NCBI RefSeq assembly: GCF_964355755.1 | Contig: NC_092671.1 | Span: 19,158,001-19,222,000 of the forward strand | Reading direction: 5' to 3' | Length of the DNA: 64,000 nt | Origin: Antedon mediterranea | Taxonomy: Eukaryota; Animalia; Echinodermata | Part shown: positions 1 to 14,522 of the stretch, one piece after another | How positions within the stretch are numbered: position 1 is the first letter of the stretch | Layout: every line of letters starts with the position of its first letter | Translations under genes and position numbers: made by a program | Notes under the pieces: model-generated | Databases searched by the model: none | What the model saw: only the letters and a program-made list of their open reading frames with translations | What the model was told of the DNA's origin: nothing

Positions 1-3000
1 TAAAAAAAAAGCTTTTGTACACACTACATGTTTCTGTAACAAAATATTATTTTATAGTACATTTTATCACAAACAATGTGCACAAACGATACAGTATCTC
101 TAAACAAAGTCTTATTTTGGGATTGTAAAAAAATGCACCTAGTTAGAGTACATTGAATTGCAGTAGCTTTGGTGTCAATTTAGTCACACATCAGCCACTA
201 CATAAGTGGTTAAATTAGTTGTGGGTGATAGCATTGGACAATGACAACATAGGCAGTACATTGTAGGCTTTTGTTAATACTGTGGCTAGGAACCTGTCAG
301 TCATCAATAAGAACAGGAAATATATTTATATGAAGAGATTTTATTAAAGTAGAGGTACAGAAAGTCCTGTAAATAGTCCTGGTATAATCCCATCCCATAC
401 TTGTACTTAAGTTCAGCATTAATTTAAAGCTCATTTTACAAGGCTTAAAATGTGGCATACTGTACAATGCTAGCAAACCTCACTAACGGAATCATACTAA
501 GTTGTCTGCGACACTCTGTCAATTTACATAAATATTATTATCTTTGAATGTAATTAAGAACATCCCAAAAACACTGGTAATATTGTAAGTATGATGTACC
601 AAAGTACTGTATTGCAATATTCAAATATTGTAAAAAGCAAAATGACCAGTAGGAACATTCAGAAATGGATGACGGAACAGATGGAAAAATGATGGAATGA
701 ATACAATGATAAGGTACGAGCATAATTGTCAATCAAGAAAATAATACCACTTTGTAGAAATGATTTGTTAATTTAGTGAATAATTTGACTGATATAATTT
801 GGTTGATATGATATTGTTATTTTCTCCATTGAAAGATTAGCTGTACTCTGATATCATGTTGAAAAGAACAGTCAATCTTTTAGTAAACGCATGAAAATAT
901 AATAAACATAAACCAATTTTACTTTTGTATACTACTAGTGGTGCTGATGTTTTTTTAATGTAATAGATCAAATAGAAATATATTAAAAATCCAACAACCA
1001 ACCAAACAGGAAAAAGTTAAAAACAAAATAAAATTTCAAAATGCATTACAGTATATAGTTTTACTTTAGTAATGATACCCATATATAGAAACACAGAAAT
1101 GTATCAAATGAAATGAAATATGCATGACGAAAAAGATTTTTTTAAATCAAGATAACGGAAAGAAAACGAGATTGTGATTTGTCCGATGTTTGCTTAAACC
1201 TCTGTAGCCAGAAAGACTGATTCCGAGCCATCTATAAGTGGGTATAGAAGGTTCTATTTCCTACAGGAATAAGGTAATTGAGACCTACTCTCCCAAAAGA
1301 CCATGTGTAGAAAACACTCAACAGAAAAAAGTTGTACCAAGTTGGTGAATTCTCAGCAGAAGGTGCTCCATACCAATTCACATAATTTGTCTATTAATTA
1401 ACTAATTATTAAACTAATTAACTGATAACTGACACTAATCAATTATGCTGTTATCCATCAATCAAACTTATGCTGTATATTCTCACTTGATTGTCACATG
1501 ATTGGCAGTTAACATTTTTATTTCAAATAATAATAAATATTCGTTTTGTATAACCCTAGTTAAGACTCTACTTTGACTTCTATTTTGATCTTTTGTCCAA
1601 ACTTTATACACCTGGCATATGAAAATTAATTTTTTTTTTTCAGTCTTTTTTCCATTTTGTAGATGGATTCTTATACCTGTATTATCGCCATATAAAAAAT
1701 AGATCAATAAAGTGGGACTTAAAACTTAATATTTTTTTTAAAGGCAAATATTAATAATATGAATTTGTTTAAATGCATAACATTTAAACTATTTCTAAAT
1801 AGAGCATGGGAAAAAATATTGAAATGAAATAAACAGGAAAATAGTTTGATTCAATGTTATTAAATTAACTATACATTCATGTTTAATTATGATTTCATAG
1901 ATGAGAAAACTTGTACCTTCAAGAAAATATTTTAGTCTTTATCTATGGCATCACTTAAAACAAACTTGTAAAGGAAGACGGTGTTTTTATAGCAAACACA
2001 GATCTCAGAAATTAACTTTACAATATGAGTCATTAAACGTAACTGGCTATCTAAGGAACCAAGCGGACACACAACAGTCAACAGATGGCTTACTTCTATA
2101 TACTGCGGATGAGAACTATCCACTTGTATTATTTTCCCCTTCTCTCTTGTGTCTAAAGCTAATTTCCTTTCCCTGCGGAATACGTACACAGTCGAATCCC
2201 AATGGAACTTAAATCAACACTGGCAAATCATCAACATGCATGGAGTCGAGTCATTGAACCTAGCTACCTCAAAATGTATTTACATCTTTAAGTGTTGTTT
2301 GTAAATAGTATATTTAGTGGTATGTAATGTAATTATTTCCTACTGAATTTATGATATATTAGCTCATTATTAGATTAAAAATCGTCGTCTTTCGACATAT
2401 ATAAACAAAATATAGGTAGTCCCCATATAACCCACATGAAAAATGATATGGTAGGTTTTAATCCCAGGGTGGCTTATACTCAAAGCCACTCATCCAATGT
2501 CAACATTTAATTTTGTTTTTTTTTCATTGGTCATGGGAAAAATTCAATATTTAACAGTTAAAGATGATGCATTGTACTTTCTTATATTTAGTCTACTAAG
2601 TCTAATTCGAAAGCTTTCATGAACCTAGATTGCTTTATATCTATAAATCTCAGTAAAAATGTTAGTAACAAGAGAAATAATAATCCCTTCCCTCTTTTTC
2701 CTCTCTCCACAAAAAATGCCAAATAACCCGTAGTAATATCCCAACTATTCAATAACATTAAATCACATCTGAAGTCCATATCCTTTTTATAAGGATCTCA
2801 AGACCCAGTGGATTTAGTGCATTAATATTAAAGAACAACTTATTTATTGATTGCGACTTTTCACAATTCCCATGACCATCGAACACGTTGGTCAGATCTT
2901 TCACACCGCAGATGAGGTGATATACTATATGTGAACCCGTCGTGTCGGTAGCGTGGGAACAACTTTATATGGCTCGCCAACTTACTTCAACTTACGAATT

Positions 3001-3303
3001 AAAGCAATGCAATATATTTTATTTCTGTGATTGTTGGAGTAAAGCACAAAGTTTATGTGTGTAATGAAAGTACAAGACGTGGAAGTAATTAAAACTGAGG
3101 TGGGATGTTGTCAATACTGAATGTTATGATTGACCATGTTAAACCGCAAAATGATGGTTATTTATCATATCCTGTAATTATATTTTGTATAGTACATGAT
3201 TAGAACATGGACCTATAAATTAGTTTGTAGGTGCATGATTAGAAATTAAAAATGACAATTGTGAATGACAACAATTACAGTATCTTGAATTATCTTATAC
3301 TTA

Positions 3304-3985
3304 CGCCCGTATTCTTAAACCGGACTTTAGTCGTAGCTCGAAGTTCGACTTGAAAAAGTTCATGCTATTACTTCAAATTTGATTAAAAAACGAAGTAGTC
3401 GAAGTTTGCAGTTCGACTTAATGAAGTCGAGCTTTTAGTCGAGTTGCACACGTCTGGGTAACAAAGGCTATACATTGGCCAATGACAAGAGAGTATTTGA
3501 GGAGCAGACAAAATTTTGCGCATTGATATCACTTTCCATTTTCTTACAACACTTTTTACGCATCAGGACTATACATGAAAAATAATTTTAATCGTTAATT
3601 ATTAGAACAAGATCAGTATTAATTTTAAAATAATGTAATTTGTATACAGTTGTAAATAAAGATGATTTTCATTATTATAACATATACCAATGTATATTTA
3701 ATTAAGCTAATATAAAAATAGATATTTCATTCTTCAATATCTGGCCAATATAACAACTCAATGACTGTTACGTTTTTCATAAACATCGTTTAAAAACCAT
3801 TTAGTCGACCATTTAGCCTGCCCCCTCCAGGACTAAAAAAATCGATCAAAATCCGTCTCGATTTAGTTGAGGTTGGCCTGAATTAGTCGGCGATTTAGTT
3901 GAAGTTCGGTTTATGAATTAAAATGACGTCATTTTTTTAGTTTTAGCTCGAACTACGACTAAAGTCCGGTTTAAGAATACGGGCG
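3304..3985. mobile_element. Non-autonomous PIF/Harbinger-like MITE (682 bp)
   Basis: Perfect terminal inverted repeats of about 33 bp (CGCCCGTATTCTTAAACCGGACTTTAGTCGTAG ... CTACGACTAAAGTCCGGTTTAAGAATACGGGCG). TTA on both sides (3301-3303, 3986-3988) is the TWA TSD typical of PIF/Harbinger. No ORF. Confidence 0.88.
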
Positions 3986-5175
3986 TTAGACGTAGGTGTA
4001 AAGGTAACGTAATGATTAGCCAACCTTCAATAAACTGTTTCCAATGACACCATTCATGAAAACCATCTTTAATTTAAAAACTTTTCTATCAAGTGTCAAG
4101 ACACATAATAATCATCAGTGTTTAGAGAATGTAAGTTTGGCAAATGAGAAGTCCCACAATTTTCAGGAGACTTGGAAATATTGGACATACACTAAGTAAC
4201 AAAGCAGATTTAGAAAACTACTGTAATGAAATTGTTTGAAGACATCTTTGCAATTTACGATAGTAATAGCTACAATTTCAATAGCAAAATATCATGCTGT
4301 ATCCATTGGGATTGAATGGCTTTCCCAGTAGTTTTCAATAATGCATCTCCCTTGCCAACTTGACTCAGTAAAGATTGACCTACTTAGCCATGGACTGTTT
4401 GAACTCCACCTTAAAAATTATCAAAGTTGTTGTATGTATTAGTATTCTATTTCCAACATTTCCATAAATGTGTACATGATTATGGACAAATTGACACTTA
4501 CTTTCCAAACCAGTAAAAACATGTTTGTGCAATAGATCTTTAAATAATAGCGAGAATTGATGTGAAGAGAATGTATATACTTTAAGCAAGAATGGTCATA
4601 GATGGTAACAGAAACAGATAAAAACATACATACAGGGAATAATTTCCACAAACTACAACAACAAATACAAGACAAAATTTCAGGGTAAAATTCAGTTTGT
4701 TTAACAATTATTAACTAACATTATAAACTTTTCCCTGACATACCATTCATAATTAAGAATAAAAACGAAGGGTGTACAGTATGATAATATGATGATTGAT
4801 AAGACAATACATCATTAAAAACAAAAATACCAATTGAAAGATCAAAACACATAAATATTTACCTCAAAAACTACCCTTACTTCAAGAGAAAAAAAATGCA
4901 GAAAATATTGGAAATCGTAATGTTGCAAGACACAATATTTTAGGGGATAATAAGAGGGAAAAACAGAAAGTGGTATACAGAGTCATTTTAAATCCATGGT
5001 TCCAGAGCCAATGGTAATGGGTTAGACAATGAGCGTTATTTCTATACTTTTCCCATTCTGTGTGCCACAAAGTACAGATCGTTCTGTTCTTGGCACAACC
5101 AATCACAGCCTCAGAAAGTATTGGGCCCTCATGCAAATACAACAAATCAAAATAGCATTCAAAATAAAACTCTAG

Positions 5176-5415
5176 TTATTCATATTGTAGTGGAAAATGA
5201 GTAGATCAAGACCCGCTTCTATATTGGAAAATGGGTAGATCAAGACCCGCTTCTGTATTGGAAAATGGGTAGATCAAGACCCGCATTATTCATATTGTAT
5301 TGGAAAATGGGTAAATCAAGACCCGCATTATTCATATTGTAGTGGAAAATGGGTAGATCAAGACCCGCATTATTCATATTGTAGTAGAAAATGGGTAGAT
5401 CAAGACCCGCTTCTG
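5176..5415. repeat. Minisatellite with mixed 34-bp and 42-bp units
   Basis: Core TAGATCAAGACCCGC (one copy TAAATC) starts at 5202, 5236, 5270, 5312, 5354 and 5396, giving periods of 34, 34, 42, 42 and 42 bp. This explains the spurious NNAGLDLPIF ORF. Confidence 0.92.
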
Positions 5416-6520
5416 TTGTCAACAATATAACCGGTTAAATAGTGTGCATAAATTAAACTGGATATTTGAATGGCCTTCATTGATTTTGAGTCAACATATG
5501 TGTAGCATCTTGACCATTTGACCACCTGAGCATTATAAATAATGACACCACCGGATTAAACTGGGTTTTTTAGGAGCACAAGCTTAGATTATTATTTTGC
5601 AGTAGAAACAAACCCATAGTTATTTACTGGATGGTGGTATTTGGGACATTTTCATCTTTTTTTTTAATCTGATGACTAATAATGTACACTCTCACACTCA
5701 TCAACACATCCTATAATAACTGTACGCCACTTCCTAAATTCTCTTCTTTTAGTTACCGACTGATTTTTCAGTACAGTAGTTCAATTAAACCTGTTCAAGG
5801 TAGTTTTTCAAGTTTGCAACTCCTTTACAAAATGTGTACACAAGCTATGCACTACAATTACCTCTATCATTAATAGCCTTCACCTTACTGAATATCTGTG
5901 TAATCTTGTAACATCTTTTGCAACCATAAATTCATTATCAATTTTCAACTTTTATTTAAATTTTACCTAAGTAGCTAGCTCAGGCCTATTCAGGCTTAGC
6001 TTTGTAGGTCTAGCTGATAAGCAGCAGTAAAGTATGAACAAGTTAGCTATAGAAAGCAATCATCAATAATACCATATTAAATTAGTATCTCTGAGATTAC
6101 TACAGAAGATGATGATGATACCAATTCATTTTTCCTCCATGATTAAACTAAATGTTTGACGACCACAAGCAAAAGAGAATATACTTTAAGTAGGACACAA
6201 TGTAATCATTCCATTTAGGACATTCCTTCACTTCATGTTGTCAATTCAAATGACATTTAAGTAAGTTCCCAGAGTGCAATATTACTGGGCCTATGGGGAG
6301 ATTTTATTAAACCTATAAAACCTGTCATTTACTCTTTTTATCCTTCAAAAGTTATCTGATATACACACATGTACTAATCTCATACAGGCTAACTTTTTTA
6401 TGTAACTGTCTGATAAACAAGGAATATTTCTTTTAATTCAGATACATTTTTGGTGTGAAAAAGAATAAACATTAATAAATAATGTAAAGCATTCACAAAA
6501 TATTCATAACATTTTTTTAA

Positions 6521-6690
6521 TAACAAGGCCAAATACATGGCTCCAGTCGCGTGCTAAAATTTGAGTTTACCGACCAACCGACTGACCGTCTAACCAACCG
6601 ACTGACCGTCTAACCAACCGACTGACCGTCTAACCAACCGACCGACCGACCAACATATGAGCTGTAGCGTCACATTTTCATGCAAAAATC
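6521..6690 (+). mobile_element. Short microsatellite-containing interspersed repeat (DINE-1/HINE-like), with an internal 20-bp tandem
   Basis: AACAAGGCCA...AGTCGCGTGCTAAAA is followed by (ACCAACCGACTGACCGTCTA)x3 and ACCG repeats. A related copy lies on the - strand at about 60452-60540. The family assignment is inferred from the architecture. Confidence 0.5.
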
Positions 6691-9600
6691 AGAGCCTATG
6701 AAGATTTTCATAAACCTTTTAAATAAATTATACAGAAGTCTTACTTTTTACACCTGATTTAATAACAAAGAAAAAGAATAATAATAATAATAAACATTTA
6801 AACAATATTTTTTTTATATTTTTCTCTATGCATGTAAATTAATATTATATAAAAATGTGCATAAATTATAAAATATATTTGTGTATACAGGAAAAGGGGT
6901 AGTCATTATCGTTAACAAGCGCTATCAATTACATGATTTGATTAAGTCATTTACAATTTTTACAAGTGGTCGATATCAGTATTAATTAACCAATTGAGGA
7001 TGGCAAATCTAAAGAGGTAAGTTTATATTCTTTAACATGACACATGATTGCCTCAAATGAGTCACATGATGAGGAAGAAGACAAATTCAACAATATATGC
7101 TTGTCATTTCCCGACAGAAATTTGAAGATCCCCGAAATCGATAAACTTATCAGGTGTTAGAAATCACACAAATTATCACCTTGTCATCATTCAAACATTT
7201 TGTTAAAGTAGATCAAATTAGCAGGGAGCAAGGTGATGGAAAAAAAACATCTAAGAGTAAACCATATCGGTGACATCACTACTCCTTTACTAGGGAGCAC
7301 CGCACTATCTTGTACTTGTAAAAGCTTTTATAGTCCACTTTTTAATTTACTCTCCTGATTAATTTACAGAAATACAGTATACAAAATTAAGCGAAAACTA
7401 GGGGGTGGGACTAAAAATGGATTTACTAAAATCTTGGCTCTGAATTATTAAGGAGTAGGGTTATTACAATCAAGCATGGGATTATATTCGAGCATGCTAC
7501 AACTAGTGCCAACAAACTTCATTTATTTAATCATCCATTTCTTAGAAATGTGTCATTTCTCAGGATTAAGGCTTTAATATTTGTTTCTTCTGATAAATGT
7601 CAATTATCATTTTTATATGATTAAAAGGGCAAAGTAGAGAGGCAGCCAATGCTATCCACTTTCAAACCCCACAACCTTAAACCCCTCTCAAACTATTCAA
7701 TTAGCAAGCAACAAGGTGATGGATAAATATAGGAAAAAAAACATCTAAGCATATGCATGAACTTAAATATAGTAAAACCCCAACTAAGGCGACACCTTCA
7801 GGACCCAACAAAATGCTGGTGTAGTTGTGTCCCTTGAATAAGGAGTTTGGCCATAGTGTTATAACATTGTCAGGGAGCCTTCAAACGAGCATGTAAACAT
7901 TAATGCCACTTTGAAAAAATTGATGTGAGCTTGTATTACACAAAAATTTAGTTATGTACGTCGAGAACCTTTTCTGAAAATAGTTTAAATTGAGACATAA
8001 AAGGAATTTTTTTTATTTTTTTTAAATGGTAAATTTAAACATGTTTTTAATTAAGCTCCACAATAAGAATTGTTCATCCCAATCTGTATGCTATTTATCA
8101 CCCATTATAAAGGTTTAAACATACCTAGGTAGGCCTGGTCTCTAAGCCCAAGGCATTCCATGATTTGTTTTTATGTGAGCAGAATATGTTGCGTGTGCAA
8201 TATCTAATGTGAAAATTCTACATGAATGAATTGAATTTAAATTCATAGGAGCTGGTATAGCTGAGCATGTAAATATAGTAAATTATTGTGAAACACTAAA
8301 ATGAATGGAACGAAATTCTAAAAAACATAAAAATAATTTAGTATTTGAAAAATGAATCAGTGAAATTTGTCAATTTTATCAACAGATTACACAAATGTGA
8401 ACGCATTATAATGACGACAGAATGTTTTCTTAAATGTGTACAAACGCTGAATCGGCGATCTCACAGCTTCATCATTTTATATTTCACAGATATTTTCAGA
8501 GATAAATTTAATGTCCGCTGGAAATAACTGTTTGATATGTCTATATAGTTGACATGCTTTAATAACTGGACTTTGAAGAGGACTGACTAGCAACATGTCT
8601 GATAATTTAATAGTACCTTTAAAAAATCAAATGGAGACAGGTTGCTGTGTTTTACTGGCACGTTTATCCCTCGTGGTTATCGTTCCCCTGGTTATGAATC
8701 ATTATGAATGTGTTAGGAGTCATAAGCGATTACCTAGTCCATACTGACAGAAAGAACAGAGTCAGTTGTCTCCAACAAAACATAGCACATTAAAACCTGC
8801 GATTCCAAATTACAACGCAGTTGGAACCACACAATTCAAATTGGTTGTTAGCGGTACTGTAATTCCAAAAACAATAAATTCATGAGATTGGTAATTACAT
8901 ACAATTAATGGCACAATTGCATATAATTAATGTTAACGATGAAATTGGTTTTTCTATAATATGTACTTTACACTTACACAAATACTAAACATAGAATATA
9001 GCATTTTTGATAAGAAGTCATTTCATCTTGATAATTCCCAAATTGTTAAATATAAATTTAATGAAAAATGTATACAGTAAAAAAGCATAAATATATAAGT
9101 AGGTTGTATTTAATCAATTCGGACACTTTAAAAATGGATGGGGTAAGGTTATGATTCTGTGTCCAACTATATTGAGGGCTGGGAGAGATATGATAGTACT
9201 GTAACTCAAGGCTATAGGTTCAGCTTGTCTTCAAATACTTCTGACAACCATTGAAGGCTTTTCCTGCAGGAGCCTGTCCTACTCACACGCAACTACCTTT
9301 TACCAGGCCTTGGTAACTTCCTTGGGGCCGCTATAACGCAGTCCAAGGGTGATCAAAAACATTCAAGATTCAAAAAGAAGATAAAACTAAAACTGTCAAC
9401 TAACAGGACCTTTGACTCGTATAAAAAGTAAGAAAAATATGACATGTCGCACAGCATTTCTGGCAGAAAAACAGGCCTGGGTACATGAACAGTACTTTTT
9501 TTTTTTCTGTTTAGTACTTCTGTTTCAAACGTCTCCTGAGATGGACACTTGTTTCCTTCTTAAATTGTTCTAAATATAAAAAAGCAACACAGTTTACAAT

Positions 9601-10164
9601 AAAATGCGACATTCACTTTGTATTATCAGCATTAAACATGATCATTATCAAACTAGGGCAACCTTTCTAAGCCTACCAGAGGAAGATTGTCCTACGTTAA
9701 AATCTTACACAATTCATCCTTCTCCAAGCTTACCTAAGAGACTCAAAATCAAACACAAACTAGCAAGGGCGCTGATCCAGGTTTTTAATGTTGGAGAGGA
9801 TGAAGGACACTAGGAAAAAATTAACAACAATAAAAAAGTTGCTGTTTGCCACTAATGTTATGCCATCGAATTATGGTAGGTGGGGAGATATGTGGAGACT
9901 AGTGTAGACTAGTGTTAATATAAAAATTATATCGCTAAAGGTTTCTGTGCGGTACTTATTTGGCTGCATATCTAGTGTACCTCTTACAACAATATAATAT
10001 TAAAGCATGTATGCTATAATACTCCGGTTGGGTGCTAGTTTGGTTTTTTTGTCTTTTTGTTTCTTGCTTTTGTTTTCCACTATTTCTCTTTATTGTCGAG
10101 TGCATAGAGACTATGTGAGCTATATAAATCTATCTATTACTATCTATTATTAATGACCATCTTA

Positions 10165-10600
10165 GTTAAGGCCTAGCCTTGCTAGGCTTAGTTATGTAGC
10201 CCTAGCTGGTAAAAAGCGGTAACGTAGGAAGATAGGCCTAGCCTGGGGTTGTCTCATTGCTGAATTAATTGTCTTTCCTTTTTTGGTAGAATCCATTAAT
10301 ACAAATTAGGGAAGACCTAGTATTTTCGCTGAAAAATTATAGTTCTTTTATTAGTTTACCATTTCACGATCAGTCGAAAGTGCGGGTGCATCACATCACA
10401 ATATAAAAATATCAATCTATGTACGATGCATTCTGGTATTTATAGCGGGCCACTTCAGTTATTAAATCAACTTATTTTTCACATTTTCAACCATTTAAAT
10501 AAAGACTAACAAAATTATCGTAGCTCCTATAGTATTTATTTTTACATAAAATGTAGTGTGTGATCTTAAAATAGGTCAAAAAAACATAGGTCCAGAGGCT
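10165..10600 (+). mobile_element. Truncated copy of the Kolobok-like non-autonomous element
   Basis: Colinear similarity to the right part of 20448-21076 (TTTTCGCTGAAAA, TTCACGATCAGTCGAAAGT, AGCGGGCC, TCAACTTATTTTTCACAT). Ends in ...GGCT followed by TTAA at 10601-10604. Confidence 0.8.
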
Positions 10601-12394
10601 TTAAATTGTTACCTACATCATAAACCATCATCTCTTGGTAGACCACAGCAACGCTACTGTAGACTTTCCCTTTGAATGTTTGACCAGTGTTGTATTAAGT
10701 CTGGGATGTATGTTTCACTGTAAATTGTAAAAGAACCCAGTACATCCTAGGAAAATCCTGCTTAATTTCAGTAGTATTGAAGAAAGACGAAAGGCATCAA
10801 TATTACGGTTTAGATTCTGGGCGTAGTTAGTCTACACAATGCTTTAAACATCTTAATGAAATTATGCAGAGATGCTTATACACAGAACCATCAATCAATA
10901 GAAAGTTTAAAACATCAAATGCAATAAAAGATCAATCAACAGTTTTTAGTAATTATGTGGGTTATAGGAGATACTGGTGATATAGTAATTATGAATTAAG
11001 AAAGCTAACATATGACTGGCTATAGATTTGAACCATGTTAACATGAACTGTGCATTACTACACAATGTACTTATTGTATCAGTCAATCATCTTTAGTATA
11101 GTAATGCTTGGGTATAAAAAATCGGACCAAATGCTTTTAAACCGAATGATGAATTGAAATTCAAACACAAGCTTGCATATTCTATACCTTCAAATGGGAT
11201 GAAATATAATTATAATTGTACGGTCCTACCAACAGGAATTGCCTACACAAGTACAGTGCAATATTGACTTGAGTATAACCAAATTGAGTCACTGACTCAG
11301 GTATAAACCCACCATTAACTTATAAATCTAAGTGCAAAAATATGCCTGCTCGAAATATGTCGTAAAAAAAACCTTTTTTAAAAGTTGGAGCTGTAGGCAT
11401 CCCTAGGCCTAATTAATACTAAAGTTGATAATTTCATTCACAGTATTTTGTATACTATGAAAATCAAAATTTATTTTATGTGTTTAAAAAACTTCATCGT
11501 CTGTCAATGTACTGTATGAAAGACTTGAATTTTCTATCCTAAATTTGGTATAGACTCGATTTATATTTAAGAAGTGGTACTAGAAGTAGCGTAGTAACAT
11601 ACCAATTTTGTTACTAATTATTTTAGTCATAATGAGATGGGTTAATGAATTGTAACTGTAATCATATACCTCTATGCTCTAACTTCCAAGGGTATATATC
11701 ACTTGTAGAGGGGTACAATGCTATTTTTAAGAATTGTGAAAAACCAACTTCCATACTCTCTTAAAGTCCATGAAACTGTCATCTTTAATTTGTAATTAAT
11801 GCGTTTTTGAAATAATACAGTTACTAAAGTCCTTTAAATAATTGTAATTGAAAAACAAAATAAGCAACAAGGCCAGTTAAACTGTTCATTTCAGATAAAT
11901 AGATTTTATCAATTTTGTTAAATACTTCTCAAATATTATATTGTAAATTAAAGGTTAGCATGGTAAACATGTCACATATACTAAATAATATTATATATAT
12001 TAAGTAATATTTCTATTTCTTGAAAAACTTGAGGTCAACACATCAAATTATGATTATGGAATGGAAAAGAATTGGACTGAAGAATTCCCAACTTGTTTTT
12101 GTTATTAGGCAAGATGATTTACTGCCAATGTCTTGTCCTCCAGATGGGACTTCAAGCTAATGGTTTTCTGCATATTTTCATATTTGTACTGGAAAACAGT
12201 AGAGGATAAATTCAGACTGAACATGGTTAGCCTCCACACTGGGGTAAACCTTGGGTGTGAAGAAGTGATTCCAATTTTCGTAAGTTTCCAGTTAAATGAA
12301 TAACTATGGTAAATTATACAACATTTCATGTCCGCACCCTAATAACCTCTCCAAATAGGCAGATCCAATTATATATATATATTCGAAACCTGAG

Positions 12395-12437
12395 CTGCAC
12401 TGACGAGATCTAATAAGATCGAAAGTACTGTCAGCAG
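12395..12437 (+). ncRNA. Degenerate minimal type I hammerhead ribozyme (Penelope-like relic)
   Basis: CTGC-A-CTGACGA-[GATCT aata AGATC]-GAAA-GTACT-GTC-A-GCAG contains both core boxes, a perfect 5-bp stem II and a 4-bp stem I. Stem III appears to have lost 2 nt. Flanked by GCAGAT..(AT)n direct repeats. Confidence 0.6.
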
Positions 12438-13288
12438 ATTGGATATATATATATATACTATACAGTACTAGCAGGTACCCGTCAAATAGACAAGTATCCT
12501 CTTATAATGATTTTAAGGTTTTCGGGAATCAAAAATATAATAGAGTAATATAGTAAATGCAGTATACACAAATCTGTAAATGGATGTATAGTGCCGGGAG
12601 GTACATTGTATTTATATTAGAAGGAAGATAAAGATAAATTTCAGTGTCTATTTTGTTGTAATTCTAAAGAGTAAAAGCAAGTAATTTCAAATACAAATGT
12701 ACAGAGTCATCGCAAATAATGGTAGTACTCACTGTAAAATGAATGTTTGCAAAACATGCAGTCACAAAAAAACCCAGAATCTCGTTAACATAATAATTTG
12801 TAATATACATCTGTATCTTGTTCTTGTAGTGTTTATGTAAATATATTAAAATAATATATATTTATTATTTTATTGATTAATATTATTATGTCAGATTTTT
12901 TCTGTCCTCATGTTTAGTATTGGACATAATCCTGCATTTCATAGTTGTCTGGTAAATTGTCATGTTTTGCTTCCAAAGTATGTTTATTGTTAATATCATT
13001 TCTGACTGAATAACATTGACTTAGTTGAATCTGGTTGAATATTTTTGCAGTCTCCTGAATGTCTTGATTTGTGGTGGTAAGAATGTTTGGTGGTTTGTCT
13101 TTAAGATGAACAACAATGTATATTTTCTGTTGGTGTAGGCCTAATTAGAAAGAACTAAATATGATTGCAACTTCATCCTCCTTGTTTGTACGTCCTTGTA
13201 CTTGCAGGCCTACATCCCTAAATTACTGCAGTGCAGTATCAAAACACAATGTTAGCATAGTGTACTTTACAATATTTCATATCATAAA

Positions 13289-14522
13289 CAGACGTTCCAA
13301 CCCTCCCGATTTATCCGGGAGTCTCCCGAATTTTAACATCACCTCCCGGGATCCCGAATTTTATATATATCTCCCGATTTCACACATTTCTATAAAATTC
13401 AGTATTATTGCATTAAATTAAAATCTATCTTCCCACGAAAGTTAATATTACAAATTAATTTAATCTCACACGTCGTACGTACCACCCCGTATGATACAAC
13501 GAACATGTAATGTATGTAAAGATTGTATAGCATAGTACAGCGTACTGTAAGGCGACGTCCTTTGTGTTTACCGACAGTACGCGATTCTTACTTTTAGCGA
13601 TAAAGCTACAGTATCGCTTTATCAGTAGAGAGTAGGCGCACGTGTACTGAAACTTTTTCCTGGTTACAAGTTTGACCTAATTCCCATGCCCAGGGAAGGC
13701 ATCATCGTCAGTGTAGTAGTAGTAGTAGTAGTACTATGCGACGTCCTTTGTGTTTACCGACAGTACGCGATGAATCTACAGTATCAGTAGTAGGCGCGCG
13801 TGTACTGAAATTGCTAGTTACAAGTTCTTTGACCCAATTCCAATGCCCAGGCATCGATCGTACCATCGTACAGTACTGTATGTATTCTCACTGCGCATGT
13901 ACCGGAAAAGTACTTGTAGTACTGTATTTTGCGTACATACTTTCGCGAATTGCAATCACTCGTGACATTTTCTGGTTTTACAGTATGTCGGAAAAACGTA
14001 GTAGCGTAGTTTTAGAGACTAAAGAAAGTTGTAAAAAGAAAAAATATAAAACTAGATTTTCTAATGAATGGAAAAATATTTTTCCGTTTGTTAGTGCGAG
14101 TAATCTACACGTTACCGAGAGTGAATACAAGTTTTTTTGCACTATTTGAAACGTGAATTTGTCATGCTCACAGGGAGGAATCAATGATGTTGCTGTACAC
14201 TCCAAGTTGTTTGCTTTAATTTGTATTTTTGTTAATGAATTAATACAACTACAGATTTGATTTGTACTGTGAATGGTTTTTTATTTAAGTGTATACAACA
14301 ATATAAAGTTAGTAAATAAAGTTTGATTTATAATCACCAAACAAGTTCTTTTCTTTTTGTTTGTATTACTCTGATTTGCAAAGAGCTGTCTGTATATCGT
14401 GTTGGTAGTCACTAGTACAGTATAGTTTTATTCTTGAACGTTGGTGGCGACAGACATCACAGTGTTAACATTGGTGGCGGTATACCCTCCCGATTTTTAA
14501 TTCATTTAGGTTGGAACGTCTG
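13289..14522 (+). mobile_element. Internally deleted hAT-family DNA transposon with 6-bp TSD
   Basis: 14-bp perfect TIRs CAGACGTTCCAACC / GGTTGGAACGTCTG, with subterminal CTCCCG repeats. CATAAA is duplicated at 13283-13288 and 14523-14528. Carries a remnant of the transposase N-terminus. Confidence 0.85.
13985..14206 (+). pseudogene. Truncated hAT transposase N-terminus (BED/TTF-like zinc finger) with an in-frame stop
   Basis: MSEKRSS...KKKKYKTRFSNEWKNIFPFV...YKFFCTI*NVNLSCSQGGINDVAVHSK follows the F..W...FPF..C..C....S...GG..DV..H pattern of hAT N-termini. The second Cys codon is replaced by TGA at 14147-14149. Confidence 0.72.

Noticed and set aside
1932-2189. - strand ORF ending HPQYIE|GTAAG as an exon of the divergent gene
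   Set aside because: There is a donor-like site but no convincing in-frame acceptor or recognisable homology, so it was left uncalled.
5176-5415. CRISPR-like appearance (palindromic repeat with regular spacing)
   Set aside because: The intervening sequences are copies of each other rather than unique spacers. The context is eukaryotic and no cas genes are present.
7770-7850. Fragment resembling a Tc1/pogo MITE end (similar bits near 9530 and 44055)
   Set aside because: Too short and decayed; no paired TIR or TSD could be placed.
12144-12289. AG/GT-bounded + strand segment open in one frame
   Set aside because: No neighbouring + strand exons and no recognisable peptide.
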